Shown here: positions 29,492 to 39,525 of the stretch, one piece after another | How positions within the stretch are numbered: the stretch's first letter is position 1 | How the letters are laid out: the number at the start of each line of letters is the position of its first letter | From: an uncultured Thermoleophilia bacterium | Lineage (GTDB): Bacteria; Actinomycetota; Thermoleophilia; RBG-16-64-13 | Assembly: GCA_963749535.1 (NCBI GenBank) | Contig: CAVVNF010000021.1 | Span: 3,413-67,412, forward strand | Direction of reading: 5' to 3' | DNA: 64,000 nt | Made by a program: the position numbers and the translations under genes | Notes under the pieces: generated by a model | Databases searched by the model: none | Seen by the model: the letters and a program-made list of their open reading frames with translations, nothing else | What the model was told of the DNA's origin: nothing

Positions 29492-30291
29492 TCACCTCGC
29501 GGGCGGAACGACTCGCTTCTTGGCCCTTCGAACGAGCCAGTAAGCCGCAATCGGCGCCAGGATGATCCCCGCCACGGCGAACAGCTGGGCCTCCCTCATG
29601 CCCAAGAAGATGATGTTGTTCACCCGGTAGAACGAGATGAAGAAGCGGCCGAAGGAGTAGAGCCCGATGTAGGCGAGGAAGGCCAGACCGTCGGTCTTGA
29701 GGCGAGGGATCGAGATACAGGAGTATGCCCAGCATCACGAGCAGCCATAGCTGCTCGTAGACCGGAGTTGGGTGCGTGGGGACTCCCAGCAGGTTGGCGG
29801 GCAGGAGAGCGTTCGGGTTGGTGTAGGTGAAGCCCCAAGGCAGCTTGGTGGGCGGTCCCCAGGTGTCGCCGTTTATGATGTTCGCGCAGCGGCCGATGAT
29901 CTGGGCCACCGGGAAGGCCAGAGCCGTGCGAGTCGAGCACCCTGAGCACCGGGAGCTTCTTCCAGCGGCAGTAGATGACCAAGCCGAAGATGCCACCGGC
30001 GATCACCCCGTAAATAGCAAGGCCGATGAGCTGCCCGCCAAAAATCTGTCCGGGGTGGTGCCAGTAGAAGCTGAAGTTGTCGAAGACGTGGAAGAGCCTG
30101 GCCCCAATGACCCCCAAGGGCACGGCAAAGACGGCGATCCCCCAGGCATGGTCTGGTGAGATGTGGCGCCGCTTTAGTTGACCGGCAAGGATCCAGAGGC
30201 CGACGATGACCGCCACCGCCATGATCACGCCGTACCAGCGGAACGTAAGGGGACCCAGCTTCCCGATGATCGGGTCGATGCTGATGGTCAT
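29492..30291 (-). pseudogene. lgt: prolipoprotein diacylglyceryl transferase (two frameshifts as assembled, ~29960 and ~29700)
   Basis: N-terminus in 29620..30291 (MTISIDPIIGKLGPLTFRWYGVIMAVAVIVG...GARLFHV...[11 protein letters not shown]). Middle in 29262..29996 ([35 protein letters not shown]...[12 protein letters not shown]). C-terminus in a third frame ([41 protein letters not shown]...[15 protein letters not shown] at 29492-29494). Confidence 0.8.
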
Positions 30292-30484
30292 GCGGAGCTA
30301 TCTCCGCCGACGGGGAGGCCCGTGTTGACCCCAACGGCTCCCGCAAGCTGGCCCGCGCGACGGCTGAGCGAACGGATGACCAAGGATTGCAAAGCTACCT
30401 TCCTGATGAGTGTGTCTGCTCAATAGCGGCTTCTGAAAACCCCCGCTCGATCACGGTCATTAGGTGCGGCATTCGCTCAAGATC

Positions 30485-32260
30485 TCAACCCGCACCGATC
30501 GGCCTAGCCCCTTGCCACAGGCGGGAGGCGCCGAGCACGCCAAAGTATACCGCGGTGGCCACGGCTAGGATCGCGAAGCTGGGTGGCACCCGGGGCACGC
30601 TGTAGCTAAGGATGAGGCCCACCCACATCTCCCCCACCGAGAGGACGGCGGAAAGAGCGAGGGCGAGATAGGGTCGCGCCGTCAAGCGCTGGGCAGTGCC
30701 GGCCGGAGCCGCCAAAAGCCCGAGCAGAAGCAGAGCGCCCACGGCTTGAGCCGAGAGAGCAGCGGCCGCTCCCACCAGCGCGAGGAAGCCCACGCCCAAC
30801 GCCCGCACAGGCACGCCTCGGGCCGCGGCGACGGACTCATCCACGCTCGCAAAGAGAAGGGGTCTCGCCACCAGGAGCAGCAGGACGACCACGGCCAGAG
30901 CGGAGGCCGCGCTCAAGACCGCCTGTCTCCCGCTCAGCCCCAGGATCGACCCGAAGAGCACAGAGACGCTGGCACCGCCGGTCCGCGCGCTCCGCGAGGT
31001 AGTGTAGATGGAGAGGAAAAGGACTCCCAGGCCCAAGATCCAGGCGAAGACACTGCCGATGACCGCATCGTTCGCGCGGCCCTTGGGACCGATGGCGCCC
31101 ATCAGCAGACCGACAGCGATAGCCAGAGCGAACAGCCCGACGCGAGCGTCAAGACCAGCCGCCAGAGCCGCGAGAGCACCGGTGAAGGCCACGTGACTCA
31201 GAGCATCCCCGGTGAACACTTGGGCCCGCAGCACCACGAAGTATCCGACGAGACCAGAGGCCAGAGCTATACCACTCCCGGCCAGGAAGGCGTGCTGCAT
31301 GAATGGCTGGCTGAAGAAGCTCACCCGCGGCTCCGAGAGGGTACGCCTGGCTCCGTCTTGACGTCGGCCCTCGGAGACTCGGACAAGCCTGGCCGCAGCC
31401 ACGGAATAGAGCACCGCGAGCAGATAGATGGCGAAGGCGAACGTGGTCACAAAGAAACCCACTGGATAGGGGGTGTAGAAAGCCACTCCCAGAGCGAGCC
31501 AGGTGACGACGATCCCGATCACCACCGCCAGGCCCAAACTGAGCGCCGGGCGGACGGTCAGGCGCTGGGCAGTGGCCGCCGGCATGACGAGCAAGGCGAA
31601 CACGAGGAGCGCGCCGGTTATCTGGCTCACCTCCGCGACCGCGACACCCAGAAGCAGGAGGAACGCAGCCGAGAGTAGCCTCACCGGAACGCCGCGGGCC
31701 TCAGCCGCTTGGGGATCGACACTGGCAAAGAACAGGGGCCTACCCAGGAAGGCAAGGAGGACCAGAACCAAAGCTGCAGCGCCGAGGAGCACGAAGACTT
31801 GGGTCAGGCTGATTCCCAGGAAGCTCCCGAAGAGGAGAGCGTCAAGCCCGCTCAGGAAGCCGGGGTAAAGAGCCACGAACAGGAACCCACAGGCAAGCAC
31901 GAAGGCTTGCACGGTGCCGGTGACGGCGGACTCCTCGCCCCTTCGCCTGCCGCCGCTCCCGGGAAGAAGAGCGATGGCAAGAGCCGCCAGGATGGCTCCG
32001 CCGAAGTATCCGTAGCTCACGCTTATGCCTAGAAGAGCGGCGCCCGCGGCCCCGGGAAAGCCAACGAGGGCGAGGGTATGCCCGGCGAAACTCTGCTGGC
32101 GGAGCACCATGAACCAGCCGACGATTGCGGCAAGCACCGCGACGATCGTGCCCGCGGCCAGAGCGTGAACCATGAAGGGGTAGGAGAAGAGTTCCTGGAC
32201 GTCCTTGAAGAGATTCCAGGAGAAGCTATCGGCGGGGCTCACAGCATTCCTGCTCCGCAT
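30485..32260 (-). CDS. metal ABC transporter permease, tandem fusion of two ABC-3 (ZnuB/TroCD-like) domains
   Basis: 591-aa ORF made of two homologous halves, each ~280 aa with 8-9 TM helices. First half: FMVHALAAGTIVAVLAAIVGWFMVLRQQSFAGHTLA. Second half: FMQHAFLAGSGIALASGLVGYFVVLRAQVFTGDALSH. Confidence 0.8.
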   Translation of the reverse strand: MRSRNAVSPADSFSWNLFKDVQELFSYPFMVHALAAGTIVAVLAAIVGWFMVLRQQSFAGHTLALVGFPGAAGAALLGISVSYGYFGGAILAALAIALLPGSGGRRRGEESAVTGTVQAFVLACGFLFVALYPGFLSGLDALLFGSFLGISLTQVFVLLGAAALVLVLLAFLGRPLFFASVDPQAAEARGVPVRLLSAAFLLLLGVAVAEVSQITGALLVFALLVMPAATAQRLTVRPALSLGLAVVIGIVVTWLALGVAFYTPYPVGFFVTTFAFAIYLLAVLYSVAAARLVRVSEGRRQDGARRTLSEPRVSFFSQPFMQHAFLAGSGIALASGLVGYFVVLRAQVFTGDALSHVAFTGALAALAAGLDARVGLFALAIAVGLLMGAIGPKGRANDAVIGSVFAWILGLGVLFLSIYTTSRSARTGGASVSVLFGSILGLSGRQAVLSAASALAVVVLLLLVARPLLFASVDESVAAARGVPVRALGVGFLALVGAAAALSAQAVGALLLLGLLAAPAGTAQRLTARPYLALALSAVLSVGEMWVGLILSYSVPRVPPSFAILAVATAVYFGVLGASRLWQGARPIGAG

Positions 32261-33013
32261 CCGCGGGATGCCAATCCCCGCCTACCGGCACCCCCTCCGG
32301 CTGACCCACCACCAAGAGCCGCCCGTCGGAGGTGCGGTGAACCTCTACCGGAGAGCCGTAGATGCGGGTGAGGGTGGCGCTCGTTATGACCTCGGCCGGG
32401 GTACCCGACACGACCCCTTTTCTTGCGATGTAGACGACCTTTTGGGCCTGGCCGAGCACGGGGTTCACGTCGTGGGTGACCATGAGCACAGCTTATCCCC
32501 CGCTCGCGCGAGATGCGGCCCACGAGCGCGGTCACCGCCATCTGGTTGGGGTAGTCCAGGCTCGACAGGGGTTCGTCCAGAAGCAGCACCTCCGGCTGGT
32601 GCACGATCGGACTGGGCGATAAGAAGACGCTGCTGCTCGCCTCCGGAGAGCTCTCCGATCGGACGGTTGGCGTACGCGGAGGCGCCCACCAACTCGATCA
32701 CTTCGTCTACCCGGCTCCCCCCGTCGGCGCGATGCGAACCGAAGAGCCGGGGAAGAGGCACGCCCCAATGGTCGCCGTCGAGGCCCAGTCGTACGAGGTC
32801 CACGCCCCGCACCCGCACCGAAGTGTCGAAGACCCGGCTCTGGGGCAGATAGCCTACCCGGGAGCGGGCCTCCCGCGGGGGCAGCCCCAAGACTCGCACC
32901 TCTCCCTCGGCGGCTGGCACAAGCCCCAAGATGACTTTGAGCAGGATTGTCTTGCCCACCCCATTGGGACCGAGCAGGGCGGCGAATTCCCCACGCGACA
33001 CGGAGAGACTCAC
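32226..33013 (-). pseudogene. metal ABC transporter ATP-binding protein, ZnuC-like (two frameshifts as assembled, 5' end uncertain)
   Basis: Walker A in 32465..33013 (GPNGVGKTILLK) and signature LSGGEQQRLLIAQ. Walker B in 32239..32604 (EVLLLDEPLSSLD). H-loop and C-terminus in 32226..32489 (MLMVTHDVNPVLGQAQKVVYI). Conserved upstream residues (GKRVIWQDVSLSV) lack an in-frame start. Confidence 0.75.
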
Positions 33014-33096
33014 GTCTTGCCAGATGACTCGTTTGCCGAGACGAGCGCTTGCTTGCTGAATTCCACAGCGAAACCGTGTGAGGGGGCTCGTTCAGG

Positions 33097-34086
33097 TCAT
33101 CTGCCTGTCGCTTGGGCGAGGGCGGCCTGGATCCGAGTAAGCTGGGCGACCTGCCAGTCCTGGAAGGTGGCGGTCGCCGGGTTCAATGTCTCGGTGATTG
33201 CGACCACCGGTATCCCGGCCGCCTGGGCTTCGGCCACTTGAGTCTGGATGTCGGGAGTGGCGTTCTGGGAGTTGTAGATGTAAACCTTGATCTGCCTGTC
33301 TTTGATCTGCTGGTCGATGGTGGCCTTGTCCTGGGCCGTCGGGTCGGTGCCTTCGCTTACGGCGTTAAGGAAGGAGGCCGGGGTAAGCAGGTTGAGCCCC
33401 AGGGCCTGGGCCAGCGGAGCCATGATGCTCTCCGAAGCCCCGATGGGTGTGCCCGCGTACTTGGCCTTTATACCGGCGATGAGGCCGTCGTAGGTGGCCA
33501 ATGTCTTCGTCTCAAAGAGCTGCCTCTGCTGGTCGAAGTAGGTGGCGTCTTTGGGATCGAGGGACTTGTAATCGGCGGTGATCTGCGCGATCACCCTGTG
33601 CACGTCATCGGGGGAGTACCAGCGGTGAGGGTTGCCGCCCGGCTTCACCCCGACCACGTCCCCCACGTTGAGCACCAGTCTGCCGCTGACCGAGGAGGCG
33701 CCGAGCAGGCGGTCCACCCAGGGATCGTAGCCGACCCCGTTCTCGATCACGAGCTCGGCGGTCGCCATCTTTATAGCGTCCTGCGCTGTAGGCTCGTAAT
33801 CGTGGGGGTCGGTATTGGGATTGCTGATGATGCTGGTTACGTCTGCGTGCCGGCCGCCCAGTTGGGCCGCGATGCTCCCCCAGAAATTCTCGGCAGCGAT
33901 GACGGCTATCGGCGCGGCGTTGGTTGCTGATGCAGGAACGCCTACGGAAGAACAGCCGCCGAGGCTCAAGGCCACAAGAGCGACAAGAGCCACCGCCGGC
34001 ACTGCCAGTGCTCCACTCGCCAAGCCAAGGCGCCGCGGACCCGGTCTCGCCGCTCGATCACGAGTAGATCCTCCCGCCGCCCCCAC
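33097..34086 (-). CDS. metal ABC transporter substrate-binding lipoprotein (ZnuA/TroA family)
   Basis: 329-aa ORF with a signal peptide and lipobox (LVALSLGGCSS). Family motifs: IAAENFWGSIAAQLGG and NPHRWYSP. Confidence 0.8.
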   Translation of the reverse strand: MGAAGGSTRDRAARPGPRRLGLASGALAVPAVALVALVALSLGGCSSVGVPASATNAAPIAVIAAENFWGSIAAQLGGRHADVTSIISNPNTDPHDYEPTAQDAIKMATAELVIENGVGYDPWVDRLLGASSVSGRLVLNVGDVVGVKPGGNPHRWYSPDDVHRVIAQITADYKSLDPKDATYFDQQRQLFETKTLATYDGLIAGIKAKYAGTPIGASESIMAPLAQALGLNLLTPASFLNAVSEGTDPTAQDKATIDQQIKDRQIKVYIYNSQNATPDIQTQVAEAQAAGIPVVAITETLNPATATFQDWQVAQLTRIQAALAQATGR

Positions 34087-34087
34087 A

Positions 34088-34549
34088 CTAATCTCCGTGG
34101 GTCGTCAGAACGACCGCCGCGGTTACACCGTTAGCCTGACACTCGGCACAAATCCCTGCCAGCTCCAAAGAATGAGCACTTATCTTGAAACCGGTTTCCG
34201 TTGCCGCCGCCTTCTCGACGGAGACCATGTCGCAGCTCGAAAACTCCGCCACCCGCCCGCATCCGAGGCACACCACGCTGTGACCGTGCCCAGCCTTCGC
34301 GCCCACGACAGTCGCGCAGCCCTCAGACGTGTGAATGCGACGGGCTATCCCGAGGCTGACTAAGAGGTCCAGGGCCCGGTAGACAGTGGTTAGACCGAGC
34401 TCCGGACATTCCGCCTGGGCCGCGTAGAGGATCTCCTCGGGGCTGAGCCCTCGTTCAGCCCGGCCGAGGGCGGTGAGCACGGCCGCTCGCTGGCGCGTAA
34501 GCCGGATACCTCTGGCGCGCAACTCTTGTATTGCTTTTCCCACGTCCAC
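34088..34549 (-). CDS. Fur family transcriptional repressor (putative Zur)
   Basis: 153-aa ORF with a Fur-type wHTH (RLTRQRAAVLTALGRAERGLSPEEILYAA). Metal-site residues include HGHSVVCLGCG and CAEC. It lies 1 nt upstream of the metal ABC genes. Confidence 0.8.
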   Translation of the reverse strand: MDVGKAIQELRARGIRLTRQRAAVLTALGRAERGLSPEEILYAAQAECPELGLTTVYRALDLLVSLGIARRIHTSEGCATVVGAKAGHGHSVVCLGCGRVAEFSSCDMVSVEKAAATETGFKISAHSLELAGICAECQANGVTAAVVLTTHGD

Positions 34550-34610
34550 GCTCGCCCGTCCTCGCAGCCGCTATCTTCGATACCCGAACCGGGTCTGCCT
34601 CGATCCCAGT

Positions 34611-34625
34611 TGAAAATCTTTCTCA
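34611..34625. promoter_or_regulatory. candidate Fur/Zur box upstream of the regulator-transporter operon
   Basis: TGAAAATCTTTCTCA lies 62 nt upstream of the regulator start. It is an imperfect 7-1-7 palindrome resembling the TGAAAAT-N-ATTTTCA type of Fur-family operator. Confidence 0.45.
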
Positions 34626-34767
34626 TTTAGATGCATTGTAAACCTCCGGATCGCGCGCCGCGAGCCCGTACGACGAAATGCTGAAGCACCCATCTCCAAG
34701 CACCGTTTGTTGCGACACACGGCGGGGCATGCTCACGGACGATCGCGCTCTGGACGCAGAGTGACCG

Positions 34768-37098
34768 TCACGGCAGGTCGTCAACCTCACCCGGCCCAGG
34801 CCCTCGGCCCAGCGAAGCCGGTCGAGGCGAGCGCCTATTCTTCCGCTTCCGCCATCCCACCACGCGCCAGCTACCGATGCCCGCGAGCACGAGCCAGCCG
34901 ATCACTTCCAAGATCTGGCCCGCGTTGTTCGCGTTAGTACGCCCGTAGTAAAGCGTCACGTGACTCTGAGTGGGGATGACCATCATGAACGATGGAGACA
35001 CGAGATAAGGACCGTCCGCCCCTTTCACGTGCCAGTTGGGAAAATAAGAGATCTTGATCCAGTGCGGCACGCCGATGGCGGTGGTGTCGAAGGTCAGCGT
35101 GTTGTCGGTGAGCCGCTCGTTCGTGACCGCACCGCCGGTCTCGATGGGAGTCACCGGCGGATTCGTGACCTTCTCCGCGGAAGCCGACTTGAACTGCCTG
35201 AGCGCCGATTGCCCCTGGTCCCAAACAAGCGGAGTGGCCAGATCGGCCGGATTCTCATACCACGCCACGGCCAAATCCTGCCACGCCGCCTGCGGCACAG
35301 CCAGGCGGACCGGCTGGTTTTGCATCACCTGCACGTAGCCGGTGGCACCCGCGATGCGAAAGAGGTTGTACTGGCCCCAAGTGGCCAACAGGGAGGCCCG
35401 CGGGTCGGCCTTCACCCGATTCGCCACCTCGGGCGTCGCCGTCAGCAGATAGGGGATGTTCATGAGCTGCAGGTGAGTGAGTCCAGCCGCAATGTCCAAC
35501 GAGGGATATTTGACGCCGAGAATCGCGTCGCTCGGTTCTTCGGACAGCTCTGCCTGATTGATGAAATGGAACGGAGCGGTAAGCGACGCCTCCATGAGCG
35601 TCCCCTCCATGGTCGGCTGGGCCACTCCGTTCCCTTCTTCGGCGTCCAGTTGCGTCCAATAGGGAATGAGCTCAAAGGCCCTCAGGGTCCCGAACTCCTC
35701 TATGGTCTGCGAATGTTCCACCATCACCCTGCCGGGCGGAAGGCTGGCGATGAAGCTGTTGATCTGTTGGTACTCCGAGTTGCTGGGCTTGCCTTCGTAG
35801 CCGCTATAGTTCCATTGGATCAGCGCGGCCGGGGTCTCGCTGCTCAGTCTCTCAGCCCTCTGCTTGTCTACGCCGAACACGCCGCCAATAGCCTGGAGCT
35901 CGGCACGCACCACCGTTGTCTGACCGGTCAGGACGATCGCTACCCCGAGCACGATAGCGACGACGGGCACATACACGCGGCCCGCCGTCACGCCACTCGT
36001 CCGGAATACGCGACGAACCGCCGCGGCGAAAGGACCCATGAACCACACGGCGGCGTACGCGGTCCAGAGGTAGAGCGAGAACCAAAAGAAGGGCATCACC
36101 CGAGCGTTCCATAAGCGTCCGTTCGGCAGCGCGTATATCAACACCAGCGAGACGAATGTGATCCAGGCCAGGGGGAGGAGTCGCCTGTCCTTTCGCCTCA
36201 GCGCGTAGGCCATGCCGGCGAGCCCGAGCACGGCCACCGGAAGGACGGCGGTAGGCAGCAGGTCGTGGAAAGAGTGCAGTTGGATCCAGTCCATCTTCGC
36301 CGACCACTTCAGATCGGCGACAAAAGGCAGGGACCAGAACGCTGTGAGGGCAAAGCCCACTGCACCGATGCCGACCAGATAGAGGAGCGCACGCCGGCGC
36401 CAGTGCACCAGCAGGAGGCCCCAGACCAGGAACACCAGCACGAACGTGGTCACGACATGTGAAAGCACGATGGCCAGGAGCAACAGACAGTTGACCACGA
36501 ACAGCCAGTCGAACTTGGATCCTCGCTCCATGCCCTTGTGCACCGTCCCCAGGAAGAGGAAGCAGAGGGTAAAGCTCAGCATGTAGCTGAACTCGCCGGC
36601 CAGGGTGCTCAGGATGTTTCCGCCGTAGATGGAATAGCTCTGCAAGAAGAGGAAGACGAGAGCAAGTACCGCCGCGAGCGCCGGGTACGGACGCCGGATG
36701 CGAAGCAAGCGCGCAAAAGCGTACGTGACGACAGGCAGCGCGAACACCCCCAGGACGGTCACGATCTTGAATGCGATCTGGTAGGGGATGATCCACTGTA
36801 AGAAAGCGATGAGCAGGAACGGGAACGGGAAGTAGAAGGTGAACATCGGCATCCCCGCGTACCAACCGGGAGCCCAACCGGTGAGCTTGAAGTGCGGAAG
36901 CAGATCCTGAATGAGGAACTGCATCGGGTAGTGGTACGCGCCGGTGTCTCCGCCGGTCGTGGTGGTCATGCTGAAGAGCAGATCCGGCCGGTAGAAGACA
37001 AGAAGAACCGCGTAGATGGCGAGAAAGGCGACAAGCGTGGGGATCCAATCCCACAGGCCTTTTCGTCCTACCGAATCTCCGTGGTCGGGACCCTGCAT
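34768..37098 (-). CDS. large polytopic membrane protein with C-terminal extracytoplasmic domain (possible GT-C-type glycosyltransferase)
   Basis: 776-aa uninterrupted ORF. It has ~12 N-terminal TM helices with an early loop (TTTGGDTGAYHYPMQF), a ~330-aa soluble domain and a C-terminal TM anchor. The function assignment is weak. Confidence 0.6.
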   Translation of the reverse strand: MQGPDHGDSVGRKGLWDWIPTLVAFLAIYAVLLVFYRPDLLFSMTTTTGGDTGAYHYPMQFLIQDLLPHFKLTGWAPGWYAGMPMFTFYFPFPFLLIAFLQWIIPYQIAFKIVTVLGVFALPVVTYAFARLLRIRRPYPALAAVLALVFLFLQSYSIYGGNILSTLAGEFSYMLSFTLCFLFLGTVHKGMERGSKFDWLFVVNCLLLLAIVLSHVVTTFVLVFLVWGLLLVHWRRRALLYLVGIGAVGFALTAFWSLPFVADLKWSAKMDWIQLHSFHDLLPTAVLPVAVLGLAGMAYALRRKDRRLLPLAWITFVSLVLIYALPNGRLWNARVMPFFWFSLYLWTAYAAVWFMGPFAAAVRRVFRTSGVTAGRVYVPVVAIVLGVAIVLTGQTTVVRAELQAIGGVFGVDKQRAERLSSETPAALIQWNYSGYEGKPSNSEYQQINSFIASLPPGRVMVEHSQTIEEFGTLRAFELIPYWTQLDAEEGNGVAQPTMEGTLMEASLTAPFHFINQAELSEEPSDAILGVKYPSLDIAAGLTHLQLMNIPYLLTATPEVANRVKADPRASLLATWGQYNLFRIAGATGYVQVMQNQPVRLAVPQAAWQDLAVAWYENPADLATPLVWDQGQSALRQFKSASAEKVTNPPVTPIETGGAVTNERLTDNTLTFDTTAIGVPHWIKISYFPNWHVKGADGPYLVSPSFMMVIPTQSHVTLYYGRTNANNAGQILEVIGWLVLAGIGSWRVVGWRKRKNRRSPRPASLGRGPGPGEVDDLP

Positions 37099-37499
37099 TC
37101 TCCTCCTTCTAAAGCAGCAAGCGCAATCCTAGCAAGCCGTGACATCACTTCGCCGCGTTTGCTGAGATTCACCAAACTAGGGTAGAGCAACCGGCAATGG
37201 CCTCGGTCGCATTTGTGTCCGCGGGCGGTGAGTCGCAGGAGGGTCTCGAGCGGGGGGTTCGCCGAGGCTCGGCCGACTTTACTCTTCTTCGCGCGCCCGC
37301 AAGGACCAGATTGCGCCACATGCCCGCGCTGCTACACTTGGGCGATGCTTGTCGTCTTGGAGGTGCGGCTGACGCCGCCAGCCAGACTCACGCTGGGTGC
37401 GGCCCCTTGGTGTCCCGACAGATTCTGGACGCGCGCCGAACACCCGCGAGAAGGCGAGAAGCCGAACGTGTTGGGGCGAATCGGAAAGGAATCAATGCC

Positions 37500-38084
37500 G
37501 TGGAGCAAAAGGAAGACAAGGAACTCGTCCAGGTCCTCATGACACGAGCGAAGCTGAACCAGTTCCACCAAGAGAAGCTTTCGAGGGACGCTCTCTACAA
37601 TGCTCACGCGGCGCAGAAGCAGGTCGCCCGGGCGAACATGCTGAGTGCCAAGACCCTTCTCAAAGCTGTTGGCGTAGAAGAAGCGGTCAAACTCACTGAA
37701 GAGACAAGCTATGAGTTCAACTACATGATGGGCAGAAAACGTGCCGAGGCGCTGGGGAATCCAAAAGACTTGGACTCCATGCTGTACGCGTATATCGGTG
37801 AATTACTGGATGCGATCCCGTGGGTTCCAAATGCTGAATTTATTGAGAGATCAGAGAAGAAGATCGTTTGGGGAAACACAAAGTGCATGTATGCGGATTA
37901 CATAAACGAGTGGAGAACTGAAGTGCCAGAGTTCTTGACTGATGATGTTTATGAAGTGATGTGCGCTCGTTGTTCGCATGACCACGGATGGGCCAACGGC
38001 TTCAATCCAGATATAGAGTTCAAGAGGGTACAGTTCAAGTTGGATGGGGACAAAGGCTGCTTCTTCGAGATGACGGCTCCGTGA
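37500..38084 (+). CDS. hypothetical protein with Cys/His-rich C-terminus
   Basis: I place the start at GTG 37500, preceded by GGAAAGGAA; ATG 37539 is an alternative. The track ORF extends to 37197 through non-coding-looking sequence. G+C is visibly lower than in the flanks. The C-terminal motif CARCSHDHGW...GDKGCFFE faintly resembles the ATC-hydrolase family. Confidence 0.5.
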   Translation: MEQKEDKELVQVLMTRAKLNQFHQEKLSRDALYNAHAAQKQVARANMLSAKTLLKAVGVEEAVKLTEETSYEFNYMMGRKRAEALGNPKDLDSMLYAYIGELLDAIPWVPNAEFIERSEKKIVWGNTKCMYADYINEWRTEVPEFLTDDVYEVMCARCSHDHGWANGFNPDIEFKRVQFKLDGDKGCFFEMTAP

Positions 38085-38155
38085 GCCACACGAGTGACGA
38101 GCACACGCTCAAAAAGGGTGGCTGACTTACAAAGCGATCATCCGATACTTAGCCC

Positions 38156-39427
38156 ATGACGGAAGCTAATGAGTATAGCCACCCTCTCCAATTGGGAAGA
38201 TACCGCAAGCCGACCAGCACGTTCGGGAAATACGACAACGCGCGGAGATTCTGGGAAGACCATGTCACCGGAGTCTTCTTAGCGCCCCACCTCGAGAAGC
38301 TGCTGGCGCGTTGCAAGGGGCGCGGCACAGGCCTCCGTATCCTCGATCTGGGATGTGGCATCGGAGACGGTCTGGACCTTATTCAGCGGATCGCCCGGAG
38401 CCAGGGTCGGGAGTTCGGCGCGGCCGGCACGGAACTCGTCCCTCTAGAATCGCTCGGAGAATATGTCGGCGTCGATATCAACGACGATCTGCTTTGCCAA
38501 GCGGAGGAATGCTATGCCTCCGCGAGCAACGTGCGGTTCGTGAGAGGTGATCTTTCCGAGGGATTGCCAGAGGAGATCTTCAGAGATCACCGGCCGTTCG
38601 ATCTGTATTTCACGTCATATGCCATGCTGTCTCATTTCCACGACGACCAATTTTTGACCATATTAGGGGATGTCTGCAGGCATGCGCCAGAGCGCGCCCT
38701 CTTCGTCGGCGACTGGCTCGGTCACTACTCCTATGAGTGGCCGCGGTTCTGGCTCGATGCCCCCAGAGCCGACTACTTCGTCGATTACCGCATGTCGTAC
38801 CTTTATGACGAAGCCGAACGTCGAACGAACGATATACCCTCCTTTCCCCTGCGGCTGATGACAAGGGATGAGGCCCTGGGGCTCGTCAGAGAAGCTTCCG
38901 AAGAATCGGGCGTTCCGATTCTTTCTCTGGTGACGTTCGATCGCTCCATACTGACGGGGCGGCATACCGATACGCGCGAGTACAACCCCACATCACCACC
39001 GCTGCGACGTGCGATCAACTCGCTCTTTGAGCCGCAAACTCGGACCGACCTCGAGCAACTCTTTGTTGACTACGTGCCCCGGCAGGGCTTTGATGCGGTG
39101 AACCGCTTCTACGACGGTTTCTTTCGAGCCACCAACGACCTGGTCAGCTACACGGTTGCGCTGCTCGAGAATCCCGCGCAGGCGGAACGGGAGTCATGTT
39201 TCCTGCAACCTCCCTGCCTGGACCCCTCGCCTCTCAGGGACAGCATGGGAATCATGCGATCACTGATAGGAGGCCTGAGATCCGTTGCATGGGGGGATGC
39301 CCGCGCGAATCTGATCGAACCTGCGCTCGCCCACGCCCTGGAACACCTGGAGATCGGGATGCAGCAGGGCTTGGGCATGGGTCACAGCCTTGGCGTTGTT
39401 GCAGAGATCGCAAAGGACGTGGACTGA
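38156..39427 (+). CDS. class I SAM-dependent methyltransferase with a long C-terminal extension
   Basis: 423-aa ORF with motif I (LRILDLGCGIGDGLDLI) and motif II (VRFVRGDL). Confidence 0.75.
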   Translation: MTEANEYSHPLQLGRYRKPTSTFGKYDNARRFWEDHVTGVFLAPHLEKLLARCKGRGTGLRILDLGCGIGDGLDLIQRIARSQGREFGAAGTELVPLESLGEYVGVDINDDLLCQAEECYASASNVRFVRGDLSEGLPEEIFRDHRPFDLYFTSYAMLSHFHDDQFLTILGDVCRHAPERALFVGDWLGHYSYEWPRFWLDAPRADYFVDYRMSYLYDEAERRTNDIPSFPLRLMTRDEALGLVREASEESGVPILSLVTFDRSILTGRHTDTREYNPTSPPLRRAINSLFEPQTRTDLEQLFVDYVPRQGFDAVNRFYDGFFRATNDLVSYTVALLENPAQAERESCFLQPPCLDPSPLRDSMGIMRSLIGGLRSVAWGDARANLIEPALAHALEHLEIGMQQGLGMGHSLGVVAEIAKDVD

Positions 39428-39525
39428 ACCGTTACAGGCCTCCGCTCCCGGCCGCTTCAAGGTTGAGCGGAAATCCCGTCCGGAACTGTGCACCAATCGT
39501 CGGCGTCCGGACACATAAGGGGTGA

